DNA of 64,000 nucleotides from Octopus vulgaris (Eukaryota): NCBI GenBank assembly GCA_951406725.2, contig OX597823.1, positions 86,986,001 to 87,050,000 of the forward strand, read 5' to 3'. Shown piece by piece: positions 1 to 12,600 of this stretch (position 1 is its first letter; each line of letters starts with the position of its first letter). The notes under the pieces were generated by a model. It saw only the letters and a program-made list of their open reading frames with translations, ran no database searches and was not told where the DNA came from. The position numbers and the translations under genes were made by a program.

Positions 1-813
1 AGGGTTAGGAATCTCAGCCGAGATGATAGAATCCACGTCGTTATAGTTGCTTTTCGTCGCTAGCCAAATCAGAATGTGAGCATGTGGATTCCCTCTCTTC
101 TGCCACTCCAAGGTGTACATGTCTCACTTGACTGGCCCCTAAATCAATTTGGCCAACTTTTTCCGGAACACTCGAACGAGTAGATCATGCCCGTGGGTGG
201 GTTGTTGCCCAGCGTAATGTTCGCGGGTTATTTCTACACATTTTGGCTTGCACGTGAACGTAATATACAGGTCAGGATGACCATAATTTCGGATGTAAAC
301 TAAAAAAGAAAATGTGCTAGTTGTTAATTACATGGTCATTAGGATTTGTTTTCAAATTGAAGAAACCAGCATTAATTATCTAACATTCATAATTTCATTT
401 AAAATGAAATAAATAGAAAAATTAAAACTATATATACATTTCTTTCAGAGGGGTTCATTTTTTTTTCTGCATTGTACTTTTCGCCATTGCAACACAGGAG
501 ACTTAACACATATTAACAAACTTGCGGATTTCACCGACTTGAAAATTGATAAAAGTTATGGTTGAAAATCGATTTTTACCGCTATCCTGTGGTGCCTCGG
601 GAAAAAATAAGTTGACAAAAGAACAGCCATGATCGTGACCAATGTCCTCCTAACACACACACACTCACAAATCCTGCCTTTATAGATGTAGATGCAAAAG
701 AACACCACAAACTCATGTCCCGAGGTTCGTCTTCCATAAAGTATGTGAGATTCTTTGTTTACTCTTCTACGGAACACTACGTATATTTTTTAAATATATT
801 TTAATTCAATTAA

Positions 814-1411
814 AGTGGCAAGCTGGGAGAATCATTAGCACGCCGGCGAAATGCTTAGCGGTATTTCGTCTGCCGTTACGTTCTGAGTTCAAATTCAGCC
901 GCTGTCGACTTTGCATTTCATCCTTTCGAGGTCGATTAAATAAGAACCAGTTACGCACTGGGGTCGATATAATCGACTTAATCCGTGTGTCTGTCCTTGT
1001 TTGTCGTCTCTATGTTTAGCCCCTTGTGGGTAGTAAAGAAATAGAAATAGGTATTTCGTTTGCCACTACGTTCTGAGTTCAAATTCCGCCGAGGTCGACT
1101 TTGCCTTTCACCCTCTCGGATAAATAAGTACCAGTTACGCACTGCGGTCGATATAATCGACTTAATATGTTTGTCTGTCCTTGTTCGTCCCCTCTGTGTT
1201 TAGCCTCTTGTGGGCAGTAAAGAAATAGGTATTTCGTCTGCCACTACGTTCTAAGTTCAAATTCCGCCAAGGTCGATTTTGCCTTTCATCCATTCGGGGT
1301 CGATTAAATAAGAACCAGTTTCGTACTGGTCGATATGATCGACTTAATACTTTTGTCTGTCCTTGTATGTCCCCTCTCTGTGTAGCCCCATGTGGGCAAT
1401 AACGAAATAAA
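814..1411 (+). mobile_element. tRNA-derived SINE family A, three units in tandem
   Basis: Repeated GTTCTGAGTTCAAATTCCGCCGAGGTCGACTTTGCCTTTCATCC...AAGTACCAG body and TTTAGCCCCTTGTGGGTAGTAAAGAAATAG tail. Confidence 0.9.
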
Positions 1412-2524
1412 TGAATTTTAATTAATGTTTTATATAGTGCAGTATTGTACTACATTTTTATTTATCAATTTTAAGGAGTGAACATGCTTCTTTTACCGAA
1501 GAAAGGATTAAAATCTACAAAAATATAAATACATATCGGTCGTACAAACCCGCGATATGCCGAGGAGCCCGCGATATAAATTTACATATATTAGCCAGAA
1601 AAGTCCGCGATGTGCTGATGTCGCCATAGGTCGACCATGTTATGACGAGTGATTACTGCATACTCTTACAAAGTAGCGTCTACATGCTGTATGCGTTTGT
1701 TGGTTCGTGATACGTAAACGTGTCTTTGTGTGCTTGCTTGCGTGTTCAGCGTATGTATATGTACTCTGATGTCGACCAACTGGTCAGTAGTACTTAGGTG
1801 TCAGCTAGTGTTATTTATTCCTTTATTTATTTTGCCAAATAAACACTCGCATTATATTTTCGTTCTTCACTCGTTTGCTATTGTTTTTATTTTATCTTAT
1901 GTTTATTTTTCTGGAAATCCTTTGTCAAGTATCTGTGACCTCTTCAGTGACTCTTCCACCCACGTGTTTCCCTGCTTCTGTTCTGCATGTGCTTATTTGG
2001 CAACAAGTAAAAAGAAATTAAGCTAGTAACAAACCATAACTTTATGGTGCTGCTACTGTATAAGACTCTCTGAGAGATTTAGAAATGCAATATTTCTAAT
2101 TTTGTAGAAGAGTGAATTTATTTCACGTGAAATTCTATTTTCAAAGGTGAACAAGCGTCGATAGCTAGCAAGCCAAGATACTCCAGACTGATAAAGAGAA
2201 ATGACACTGAAAATAGTCTCTAGATTCTGGCTTTGCTGGTTGGAGGTGCTTATCTCCCCTGTTCGTAAAGTCAAGGACAGTACGCTTGAGTCACATAGCC
2301 AGCTGAAAATAACAGTAGCGTTCTTCCCTTTGCTGGGACTGCAACATTAAGCTGGCAACAAACAATCGCTTAAAAACAAAATATGACCATCCTTAAATAC
2401 GACAACATCCGTTTCAATACACGATGTCACATGTTGAATCTTGCAAAACAGATTCATGAACGTACTTTTTGAGTGTTTTATCTTTTCAAAGTTTTGTTAT
2501 TTTTATTCTATACTTCTTGGACAT

Positions 2525-2765
2525 GGGCGTATGGCGTACTGGTTAAGAATGGGGGTTACTAACCCCAAGATTCTGAGTTTGATTCCAAGCAGTGACCTGA
2601 ACAATAATAACAACTCATCGAAAAGCACCTTAGGAAAGAGAACCCAGGTTCGAAATTTCTCCAAGACACCTGAAGAAGGCTGGAGGGTATATCAGCCGAA
2701 ACATTGTGTTAACAACAAACAAGATGAGTACAAATATCCGTCGAATGTAAATAATAGAAATAATG
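2525..2765 (+). mobile_element. tRNA-headed hammerhead-carrying SINE-like element (family D), copy with complete head
   Basis: A box TGGCGTACTGG, B box GAGTTTGATTCC, CAGTGACCTGA, short (AAT/AAC)n, ACCTTAGGAA..GAACCCAGGTTCGAAA, hammerhead core, TGTAAATAA tail. Confidence 0.8.
2665..2710 (+). ncRNA. Minimal type I hammerhead ribozyme (stem III variant)
   Basis: GACAC-CTGAAGA-A-GGCTG(10nt)CAGCC-GAAAC-ATT-GTGTT. Confidence 0.65.
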
Positions 2766-2789
2766 CAAAAAAATTCTCGTTATTCAGGT

Positions 2790-3210
2790 GTAGGGGGAGG
2801 TCCAGTTCCCACCCCTTTTACCGAACAAAAATGAGGGTTTGCGGTATATTAGGAGGTCAGAGTACTTGAGTCCATGCAAAACATCCAAATTTTATTTTTC
2901 TTAGTGAGAATCGTGCAGATGTACATACCAATAAAGGTGGGGCGTAATTTTCTAGGGTTACCCCTCACCCCATTTTCTGGACCAAAAAAGGTTGTGTGAC
3001 ATATTAGGAGGTCAACGTAATTCATTTAACGAAAAAGAAAAACGTTCCAATGATTCTGGTACGGAGGGGGGATTCGGCGTCATCCCAATCCTTCTTTCAG
3101 AACAGAAACAAGGCGTTTGTGGCACATGAAGAGGTCAGACTACTTGATACCACGCAAAATATCCGAGTTGTTTCTTTTTTCTTACTGAAAATCGTGCGGG
3201 TGTAATTACC
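2790..3210. repeat. Three degenerate tandem units
   Basis: Recurrent ..AT.A.GAGGTCA.. at ~2845, 3000 and 3125; AATCGTGC at ~2910 and 3190. Confidence 0.55.
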
Positions 3211-4538
3211 TAAATTTACTAAATATCCACCGTAACTCTATAAATTGCATTTTATGACAATCGTATGCCAGTTGATGTATATTTTCCTGTTACTATCTGT
3301 GCACTCTAGCAAAACCTTAGAGATTATTTTTTCTGTATAAAGACCTTAACGAATGTACAGTTATTTAGATAATCTCGCTACATTACAGTAAAACAGTTGG
3401 TAATGGTTCTTAACTAGTGTTGGAGTTTCTGTCACGAAAATAACCAGAAAACAAAAAGGAATCCATATTATCTTCACAAAATTTATTCATCAACGAGGTG
3501 TCAGGGTCCTATTAATGGATGGAATTCTCGTTTACCTTATTCTAAGCCAAACCTGACTCTGTTTCTCTCCTTTAGCTTGCGATTTCATCCATAACACTTT
3601 TACTCCATGTAATCCATTTTTACGTGTACGCTCTCCAAATAGATAAAAATAAACCACTCTGAAAATGGGATACCTAAAAAGTATTACTTCAATACATGTT
3701 AGTGACTTTAGCACTAAAAGAAAGACTACGAAGTGATTGAAATCAAAAACAAAATTATATAAAGACAACACAGCTGTCATTCAAGTTATGTGTATCCTCA
3801 ACGCACACACACACACACACACACACGTTCATTTACGAATGTGTTTAGAGACAAATAACCGAGACAAAGCATTTATATTTCAGTTCATGTATAATATTGT
3901 TTTCAAATTCCGACATTTTAGCCAGCAATTTATTGGAAGGTGTTTTGTTGGTTATATCGACTCCACTGTTGAAATGCTACTTATTTTATCGACTCCGAGA
4001 GGATGAAAAGCAAAGTGTACATCGGCGGAGTTTGAACTCAGAAAGCAATGACAGACGGAATGCTGCTAAGCTTTTTCCACGGCGTACAACTGATTCTACA
4101 GGCCAGATGGAAACTTCCTGACCGCATCTGTCATTTGACGGAAAAGAAAATTCACGACCATTCCTGGTCGGTGATAAGAAGTACATAGCTGTATGATAAG
4201 AATTATTTTAGTTATACAAATTTTGTGTAAGAAAGATGTTCCGTATTTTACTTACTAAAGGAAAAAGGATTATTAAATACTCTCAAATTACTATGAGGTA
4301 CCGCCATAATTTTTTTTAAAAATTTCAAGAAATACAAAAAAAGAAAATTTATTAAAGAATTACTGATTATTCCAGTTACCATCTGAAAACAATTTTTTGA
4401 AGAATTTACGTAGCATTTTGTCCGGTGTGTTAATGAATCTGACAGCTGAGGGCGTTCGGAAAGTTCTAGCATCAAAGATATCCAAAGTGGACATAGTCAT
4501 ATTTTCCATACCCACAAGCACATGCATATATGTGTGTT

Positions 4539-4575
<37 letters not shown>

Positions 4576-4935
4576 TAGTGTGTGTGTGTGTAACTCTTGT
4601 TCTTAAAGGCAGAGGCCACGCGTTCTCTGCTTCAAGACATACCTGCTATATGCGGGACATTATACAAAAGAAATCGTTTATACCCAGCTCCGTGACCCAT
4701 TTCACGCACAAACGCACACACACACATACACACACACACGCACACACACGCACGTACGAACACACACACGTACGAACACAAACACACACACACACACACG
4801 GACGCAAGAATGCACGCACACACACACTCACATTCACACACATGCACACACTTACACGCACACAACACACTATACAATCTCGTAATCCCAACATACACTC
4901 TTCGTTGCTGTTGTTATTGCTGCTACTGCTGCTGC

Positions 4936-4999
<64 letters not shown>

Positions 5000-5699
5000 A
5001 AGCAGCAAGATGGTTAAGGGTGATTAGGTGATGGTCTAGGGCTTAGGGGCGGGATACCCCTGACCTTGGAAAAAAAAAAACTTTGGTCATCTTGTTGTAG
5101 TCGAGGGCTCTTCATTGACGCTCGAAACCACTGGGAAGTGGCCCTCGAAGTCGCTGAAGATCACCAAATCCAAATTATTGGACGGCTGCTGTTGCTGCTG
5201 TGGCTCTTATTGTTATTTTCTAACTTTTTCTAACTGGTAAATGGCATGCGATGAGGTTGCATCCTTTCTTGCGCTTTAGGTTGTGAAGATGACAATAAAG
5301 GTAACTAAATGCCTTTGTAAGAATACAAATGAGATCATGGCTTTCTTTTTGCGATTAATTGTTGCTGATTGCTGAAAGCCCAGCAGTTAATTATAAACAA
5401 TGGTCGTGAGCCACACTCGCCCCGCTAAATTTAATGGCAGCCATGTTAACAATTGATGAATGTAACCAGAACTTCTCCAGATATATCAAGTGACAAGGGT
5501 TAGAAATATCCTTAGAAACGAGAAGCAAATAATGGATTGGTTGAGGGAGTGAATGAGTGAGTGAGTGAGTGAATGAGTGAGTGAGTGAGTGAGTGAGTGG
5601 GTGAGTGAATGAGTGAGTGAGTGAGTGAGTGAGTGAGTGAGTGAAAGAGAGAGTGAGTGAGTGTGTGAGTGAGTGATTCCACAAAGGCAAGCCTGAGAA

Positions 5700-5960
5700 C
5701 TAACTGCTGAAGCAAATTAACACCAAATATATAGTACCTCCGATGAATAAAGTCTGACCGTGTTAACTCAGGTGATCTTGGTGGGCAAATTCCCTTCGAA
5801 ATAATCCGTCTACCGAAAAACTTTTGAAGTAGAGCCATGGTGATATGCAGGATGAAAGAATTCACTGAGGACGGACATTTTGAACGCCCTCTACATGGAC
5901 ACATAGTAAATATGCTTATACATTCCGATGTTCCAACAATGTGATCATTACTGTCTTCTG
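5700..5960 (-). mobile_element. Tc1/mariner transposase fragment
   Basis: FGRRIISKGICPPRSPELTRSDF resembles the R.IS...WPPRSPDL.P.DF motif. Confidence 0.55.
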
Positions 5961-6280
5961 AAAACCCTGACGATTTTTCCTTACAAGGTATTCAAAATGC
6001 GAATATATACTTTTATACATACTTCGTAATTTTAATCTCCAGAAATTAAACAATTTTTGGTTAATATGTTGATTAATTAATACATTAATTTATATCCATT
6101 AGATCTCTCTGTATACTAACGCAATTAGCATATATACATGTCTATATATATATATGTAAGTATGTGTGTATGTCTATATATATATGTATATATATATATG
6201 TGTGTGTATGTGTGTGTATGTGTGTGTATTTATGTATGTATGTATGTGTATGCATGCACATAGATACTTAAAGACACATA

Positions 6281-6350
<70 letters not shown>

Positions 6351-7242
6351 GCAGGACGAGTTTGTTTCAGCTTCCAAATTCATATGGCATCGGCCAGGCC
6401 CCGGGATATTAGGAGAAGACACTTCTTGATAGTGCTGAGCAGTTGGTCTGAACCCGGAGCCAGGTACATGCACATGGACCTTCTAAACCGCACACCCAAG
6501 CTTGAATCTGCACACCCATGTCCCTTTCTTCACGTGTTCTCTCTCTGCCTCTCTCTCTCTCTGCCTCTCGCTCTCTTATTCTTCTACCTTCTTATCTACT
6601 GCCCGCATTTAACCCGTGAGTAATGTTCTCTTCTCTGCTTTTTAACCACGGGACTCCTAGCGGAACGGTCAACCTTTTCTCCTCTCTTACTAATTCTCAT
6701 TTCTATTCCCATTTGAGGATTTCTTCTAGACGTTAGTCTTCACTCTCGTGTTTGGCTGTAAGGCTTTATTTATTCCATTCATCTATCGCTTCAAATTACA
6801 TTTGTTTAGTTTCTTGCGTCCGGCCAGTATTGTCTTATTTGCCTGAGCCCTAATTCTACGCAAATGTTGCGGGTGGCGACGATATACGAAATTATCGTTA
6901 ATGGCACGATACTAAGTATTAGTATTTTTCTGTCGAAAACTGATGAAAAATTTCGGACCTTCTGTGTACATTTTGTAGTATCTAATCCATTTTTCACTTA
7001 TTGAGTAACTGAATGCCAAGCATCGCGATATTTGTTAACAGAAGATATATATATATATTCCAACAGTAAGTATATATATATATAAACTTTAGAACAAGGT
7101 TTATTCTTCTAAAACTTCTAAAAATTCTTCAAGACGGTACTGCAGTATGGTCGTATTGTAATGACTGTAGCGAAATAAAAGACTGTAGCGACAACAAAAA
7201 AAAAAAAAGAAAGAAAAAATTGAGACAAATTTGATTTTAAAA

Positions 7243-7248
7243 TTTATT
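7243..7248 (-). terminator. Polyadenylation signal AATAAA of the protease
   Basis: About 37 nt after the stop, followed by a U-rich downstream element (7195-7220). Confidence 0.8.
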
Positions 7249-7284
7249 CATTTAAGAAAACGGTTCATTGTTTAGAACCAGTTA

Positions 7285-7440
7285 CTATGTAGTATAATCA
7301 TCAATGAACTGTCTATAATTGCCGGTGTTTGTGAAGACACCGAATCCTTCATCACAGTCAAAACCATAGGAAGAAATGCCAGCAACGACGTATCTGTTAT
7401 CCGAGGTCCTCCTGCAGATAAGACCACCGCCAGAATCTCC
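7285..7440 (-). CDS. Protease coding exon 6 (catalytic Ser, stop)
   Basis: TTACGCAG acceptor; GDSGGGLIC...VAGISSYG..C...GVFT; TAG at 7287-7285. Confidence 0.96.
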   Translation of the reverse strand, partial: GDSGGGLICRRTSDNRYVVAGISSYGFDCDEGFGVFTNTGNYRQFIDDYTT

Positions 7441-9501
7441 CTGCGTAATAATAATAATAAAATTATGACATAAACATTGAGAAACTTTGATAGAACGTGA
7501 AAGAATTTAAGTTTAAGCACTTGATTTCGAAGTAGATAAGGTTATTTAAAATAGCATGTAAATATTGTGTTAAACAAAACTTGTGGAGCAGCCATTTTTT
7601 CCACCAGAGGTGGGGTTATTTTTATTAAAAAATATATATTTGCAGGCTTTTTACATACAACTTTATCTACTTAGGATTCAAGCATTAAAAATTAATTGTT
7701 AAAATAATTTATCATTCAAATACATATTTGTACAGAGACAGATTAATTCATACAAAATGATTTAATAATATATCTTGAAAGAGCGAAAGAGAGAGAAAGA
7801 ATCAGACACACACACATAGACAGAGAGACAGAGAGAGACACACACACACAAACGATTAAAATAGCGCATTATCAAAATAAAATAAAATCCTTCTCAAATA
7901 TTCATTTTGATTTTCTTATAAATTAGAAATGTACCTTCACTTTTACCTGTTTTTTTCCCATCAGGTTGCATTAGGATTTAGAAAGAAAAAGTATTTCTGT
8001 AGGGCAAAGATGAGTGACCTAATGCTTAGAGTGCGAAAGTGTTGATCAGAAAACTGGGTTACGTTGTACGGTTGAGGAAATCATTTCATTTTAAGTTACT
8101 TTACATTTACTTAGACATCTGACGTGTAGCAGACCGTGTGCCTGTATAGGCGATGTCGATTTAATGGAAAGAGTTTCTTCTTCATAGACAGATCCGCAGT
8201 GCAGGTTGCAGCGCAATAAATTGCAGAATCCTCACATTTCGTTTACAATAGGAGAATCCACTTATATATCAGAGAACAATCAGAGAGCTAACATTCAACA
8301 GTTGTATTCTCTTGTTCCTTTAGTCAAAACTATAACAGCATATTTTTCTTGATTTTCACTCTGCATATGGAAGAGATGCCTGTGGACTCTGCACCTACGA
8401 CCCTTAAAGAAATAGATGGACCGATGGATGCATAGATGGTTGCATGGATGGATTGATGGGTGGATGGAACACAAAATGTCAAAATTTTAAATGGAACAAA
8501 TTTGATTATAATCTGAAATCATGAATAAGCGTCGTCTTACGTTGCAAATATTTTTTCCATTTCTTAAGAGGTCGCCAGCACAGATATGCTTCTCAACTGT
8601 GGCGCCAGGAGAATACTGTTGGCATTTATCATTTGGGATGATATCAATATTAGTGCGTCTCATCTGGTCTGGGTAATATCCATTCTCTAGATAAATAAAG
8701 GCAAACAACATGAAGTATTTTGTTAATAAGTAAATGTATAAATCATATTTGGAACTAAACTTTCAATTCCAGAGCTAAAATTTTATAAATTAACATGACA
8801 TACCTGCGGTGGATCCCCATCCAGCAGTGACACATCTCTTGTTGTATGTATCTCCTTTATTTGGTACATCTATAGGCTGGATACATCGGGTGGTCGTGAC
8901 AGGTTTCACCAATTCTAAGACAGCAATGTCATTATCTGAAAAATTACGTGAAGAACAGTAAATGTTTTTGAAATATTTTTGTATTTATCATCTCATACAA
9001 TTCTTACTGCCATTGAGTGAGAGAGCAGCGCATATCATCAAAGTGATACTGGTGTACAATTATACGAAACCCAATATACCCAAAACGACTACCCGTCTAA
9101 GTGTGCACCAGGCACATACATGAAAACTTTATGTGCGCAACCTGAACTTGCGGGTGGGATCCCGTTGCAATTTTCTTTAGATCGAGTAGCTCATCCCGTT
9201 CAAAATTTCCCTAGTATGTGTTACTGATGGATGATGAACAAAACACCCATATTTCCACAGTTGAATTGTTCCCACCCCAAACAATTCCTCTCAACACATG
9301 GATATGATGCTCCCCAACCACTTCAGCTCATGATCAGTGATGCACATATTTTCAGCCACCAATGAAATGCTCAACTGGTTATGGTTAAACAACTGAAAAG
9401 CCAATGTGTGGAATTAAGCGGAATATTTGTTGTGGCCCACCTTCAATCAATCAAGATCAGAGGCCATCATAGCATCGGCCTGATGCATCATCATCATCAT
9501 T

Positions 9502-9539
<38 letters not shown>

Positions 9540-9629
9540 TAGCAGAATCATTAGAATAGAAGGGGCATAACATCTATATGATCACCAATGCCGACGAAAA
9601 GACTTTTGACAAACCAAGTTACCTGAGTG

Positions 9630-9662
<33 letters not shown>

Positions 9663-12600
9663 CTGAAGAAATAGTCAAACGATCGTTTGGTTAATTGGCT
9701 AGTAGTAAAAGAAGTGAAATTGAACCTGCGCGTGCATCTATTATTGGCATAATGACCCAACCTACATACAACATCTGTTTCAGCATAAAAGTGTACATAA
9801 AAAATCGTGGAAAACAAACCCAATATCAAAGCATGAGAAAAGTTTTAAGTTTTTAATAATTTTTCGAAACAAAAAATATACCTACCGATAGTATGCTTTT
9901 TAACGTATTGTCGATGCAACACCCATTGCCTTACGCGTATCTGAACTGTTGCGTTGTTCTTGTTGGTTGATCCGAAGTTAGCAACAATTTTCTTTACGTC
10001 TTTCTCACTGGAGAAAAAGAAAATTCAACTTATATAAAAATCCATATTATCTATACCTATTCCTGCTCTTGTTACTAGTATTTGTGGTCCAACTCTTTCT
10101 ACCCTTCATCATCATCATTGCTCAGATGAAACTGGAAATGTACTGGTGCTTTGATAATGTTTTAGGTCGGTGCTTCATATACCTTTTAAAACTATCATGC
10201 CCTTTCTTTTAGCAACTCTCCTTAAACATCCGTCCCAGCACTCAGTCATTCTATGTCAAGATTCAACAAAATCAAACGAGCCACAACAATTTACAGCCAA
10301 CAGATTGATTGCCGTGAAACGAATAAATGCGTCGTCTCATCAAAATAAAATGAGTTCAAATAATTTTCACCTATGAACTTACCAGCTGTTTCACACGCAA
10401 GATAATCAATGAAAATAGCTTTCACAAACATAAGACAATGAAAAATTGCCTCGAATGTTGGATCACATCCATAGTAACAGGTGGTCATGCTGGGAGATCC
10501 AGTCGGAGAGGACCCAATGGAGAAAGCGCCCGAGAATCCTATCCCATAACCCACGAACGAACAGGGAACGAAGAAGGTGAACGGACGCAAGATATGTCAC
10601 GTCTTTTTCTTCATACTTTGTCGTCAGTACCAACGTAAAATACCCCACTCACTCGCTTTTTAGGAGTTGGTATCGTCCATTTCGTGAAGTACTGACTTTT
10701 GTAGATATTGACGTTTAATATTAGGCCAACCCTGAGTGAGCAGTCTTGGGATAAAATGCCTTCCTCATATAACCATCCTTCTTTACTTTCTCTAATACCG
10801 AATTATGCAATGTGTTTTGAGTGAGATTTAGCTATTCTGTCTAGTGAGTGAAATGTCGATGCAGGGAATCTCTAAGTATATCTGTCTCTCACCCAGTGTT
10901 AATATTCTACTATCTATTCACTCATATCAATGAAAACCAGTTGGCGTTTCGTTTTCGTATAGTGATTTAAGGATATTTTATTAAACCTTAAGACAGTGAG
11001 CTGCCAGGCGGGTTATCCCACCGGGCAAAATGTTTAACGACATTTAGCTCATTCCTGAAATTGCTGGCCTTGCGCCGAAATTTGAAATCGATATTAGAAA
11101 TCTGTATTTTGAATTTCATTATGTTTGTTTATCACTAAAATTTGAATGTTTGGAAATTAAATGGTACGATGTGATTTGAAAGAGATTTGACTGCCACTTC
11201 TAGGAGGTCAAACAGTGTAGTAGAAGCTTTCGATTTAGTAGTTTGAGCTGCTACAAGTAACTGTTAAATATCCCTGAAATCTCATTCAATCTTATTTTGA
11301 AATATGGCAATATATATACAGGGGATTATAAATTGTCACATCTCCAACCAGACAGGGTTATCAAGATTACAACACTTCTGATCATAAGTCAAGATGACTT
11401 GCGCTGATACGAGGCAAAATGCATGAAACCACTGATATCATTACCACCACCCACCACAACAACCACCATCACCACCAACATCTCCACCACCACCACCACC
11501 ATCACCGCAACAATAGAATTTTGATTTATATCGTTGTAAATAAATCTAAATGGAACAAATTTTCCGTGGGAATATAAACGCAAAACATAGTCGCAGGCAT
11601 GGCTGTGTGATTAAGAAGCTGACTTTTGAGTCCCAATACGTGGCACCTCGGGCAATTATTGCTCTGAAGCATCTCCAAGCTGGATAATTCCACACACATG
11701 TGTGTGTTTGTGCCTTGGTGCCTCTGTGTGTCCTACAAAAACCGCCATTCGACAAACGTTTTTGCTTTGTTTGTCTCCACAACAGCGTGTTCGGCAAAAA
11801 ATTTTTATAAATAAGAGACTTAAAGAAAATGATTACTGGGGAAACTTTTCTTCTTCAGAGGTGGAGATGGGTGCGTTATTATATCCTTCAAAGCGGAGCC
11901 CCAGAATGTCTGGAACCCAACGACCAAAACAATCAAACATACTTACATACAATGGGCTGCTGTCAAGATATGTTTGTTGCTAATCAAAGTTGCGCCACAG
12001 AATGATTCTCCAGTAGTGAGGTAAATTTTGAGGAATACCATATGAGGAAACTCACAATGTCGACTTTCAGTTCCACCCACAATATGTTCGTTTACTTCCT
12101 TCACTGAAAACAAGAAAATATCTCATTTCTCTCACTGCACAAACGTTTATCGGATCGCATTAGCATTGTGGTAATCAAGCCTGAGTAAATCACTCATTCA
12201 TATGTGATTGAGAAATTTTGAAAAGAAATATGTCTATGAAGTGCCAATGATGGAATATTTAGACCTTTTTCACATCCGCCTCGATGCTTAAGTGTTAAAC
12301 TTTTATAATACTTTGATAAGACATGTCAGATAATTTCCAGAAGTATTTAATTAACTCCGATATTTTGTTTTAGATTCAACGTGACAGTTGATCTTGTGTC
12401 ATGAAAATAAATAGCAGTCAGATATTTGAGGTTCATATTAGGGGAAGCACTCCGTCGGTTACGACGACGAGGGTTCCGGTTGATCCGAATCAACGGAACA
12501 GCCAGCTCGTGAAATTAACGTGTAAGTGGCTGAGCACTCCATAGACACGTGTACCCTTAACGTAGTTCTCGGGGATATTCAGCGTGACACAGGGAGTGAC

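Larger units (their letters stand above)
1430..4105. repeat. Segmental duplication, copy 1 (paralogous to ~18960-21175)
   Basis: Colinear matches: 1437/18971, 1675/19175, 1770/19482, 1920-2010/19920-20010, 2430-2515/20055-20150, 3240-4100/20280-21170. Confidence 0.9.

Noticed and set aside
1-9. AGGGTTAGG telomere-like start
   Set aside because: About one repeat unit only; not an array
814-1411. Regularly repeated units resembling a CRISPR-like array
   Set aside because: Eukaryotic context; whole ~190-bp units repeat with no unique spacers; these are SINE concatemers
2441-2869. Recurring peptide KNTLGMRTQVRNF..PEEGWRVYQPK (also in ORFs at 17794, 37231, 40755)
   Set aside because: Translation of the family D repeat; copies differ by indels and the conserved features are RNA-structural
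7272-7520. ORF-track protein MLKLKFF.. over the last protease exon
   Set aside because: Wrong frame; the real exon reads GDSGG.. from 7440
10456-10635. Possible solo LTR (TGTTGG...CCAACG) in a protease intron
   Set aside because: Imperfect terminus, no clear TSD and no second copy in the window
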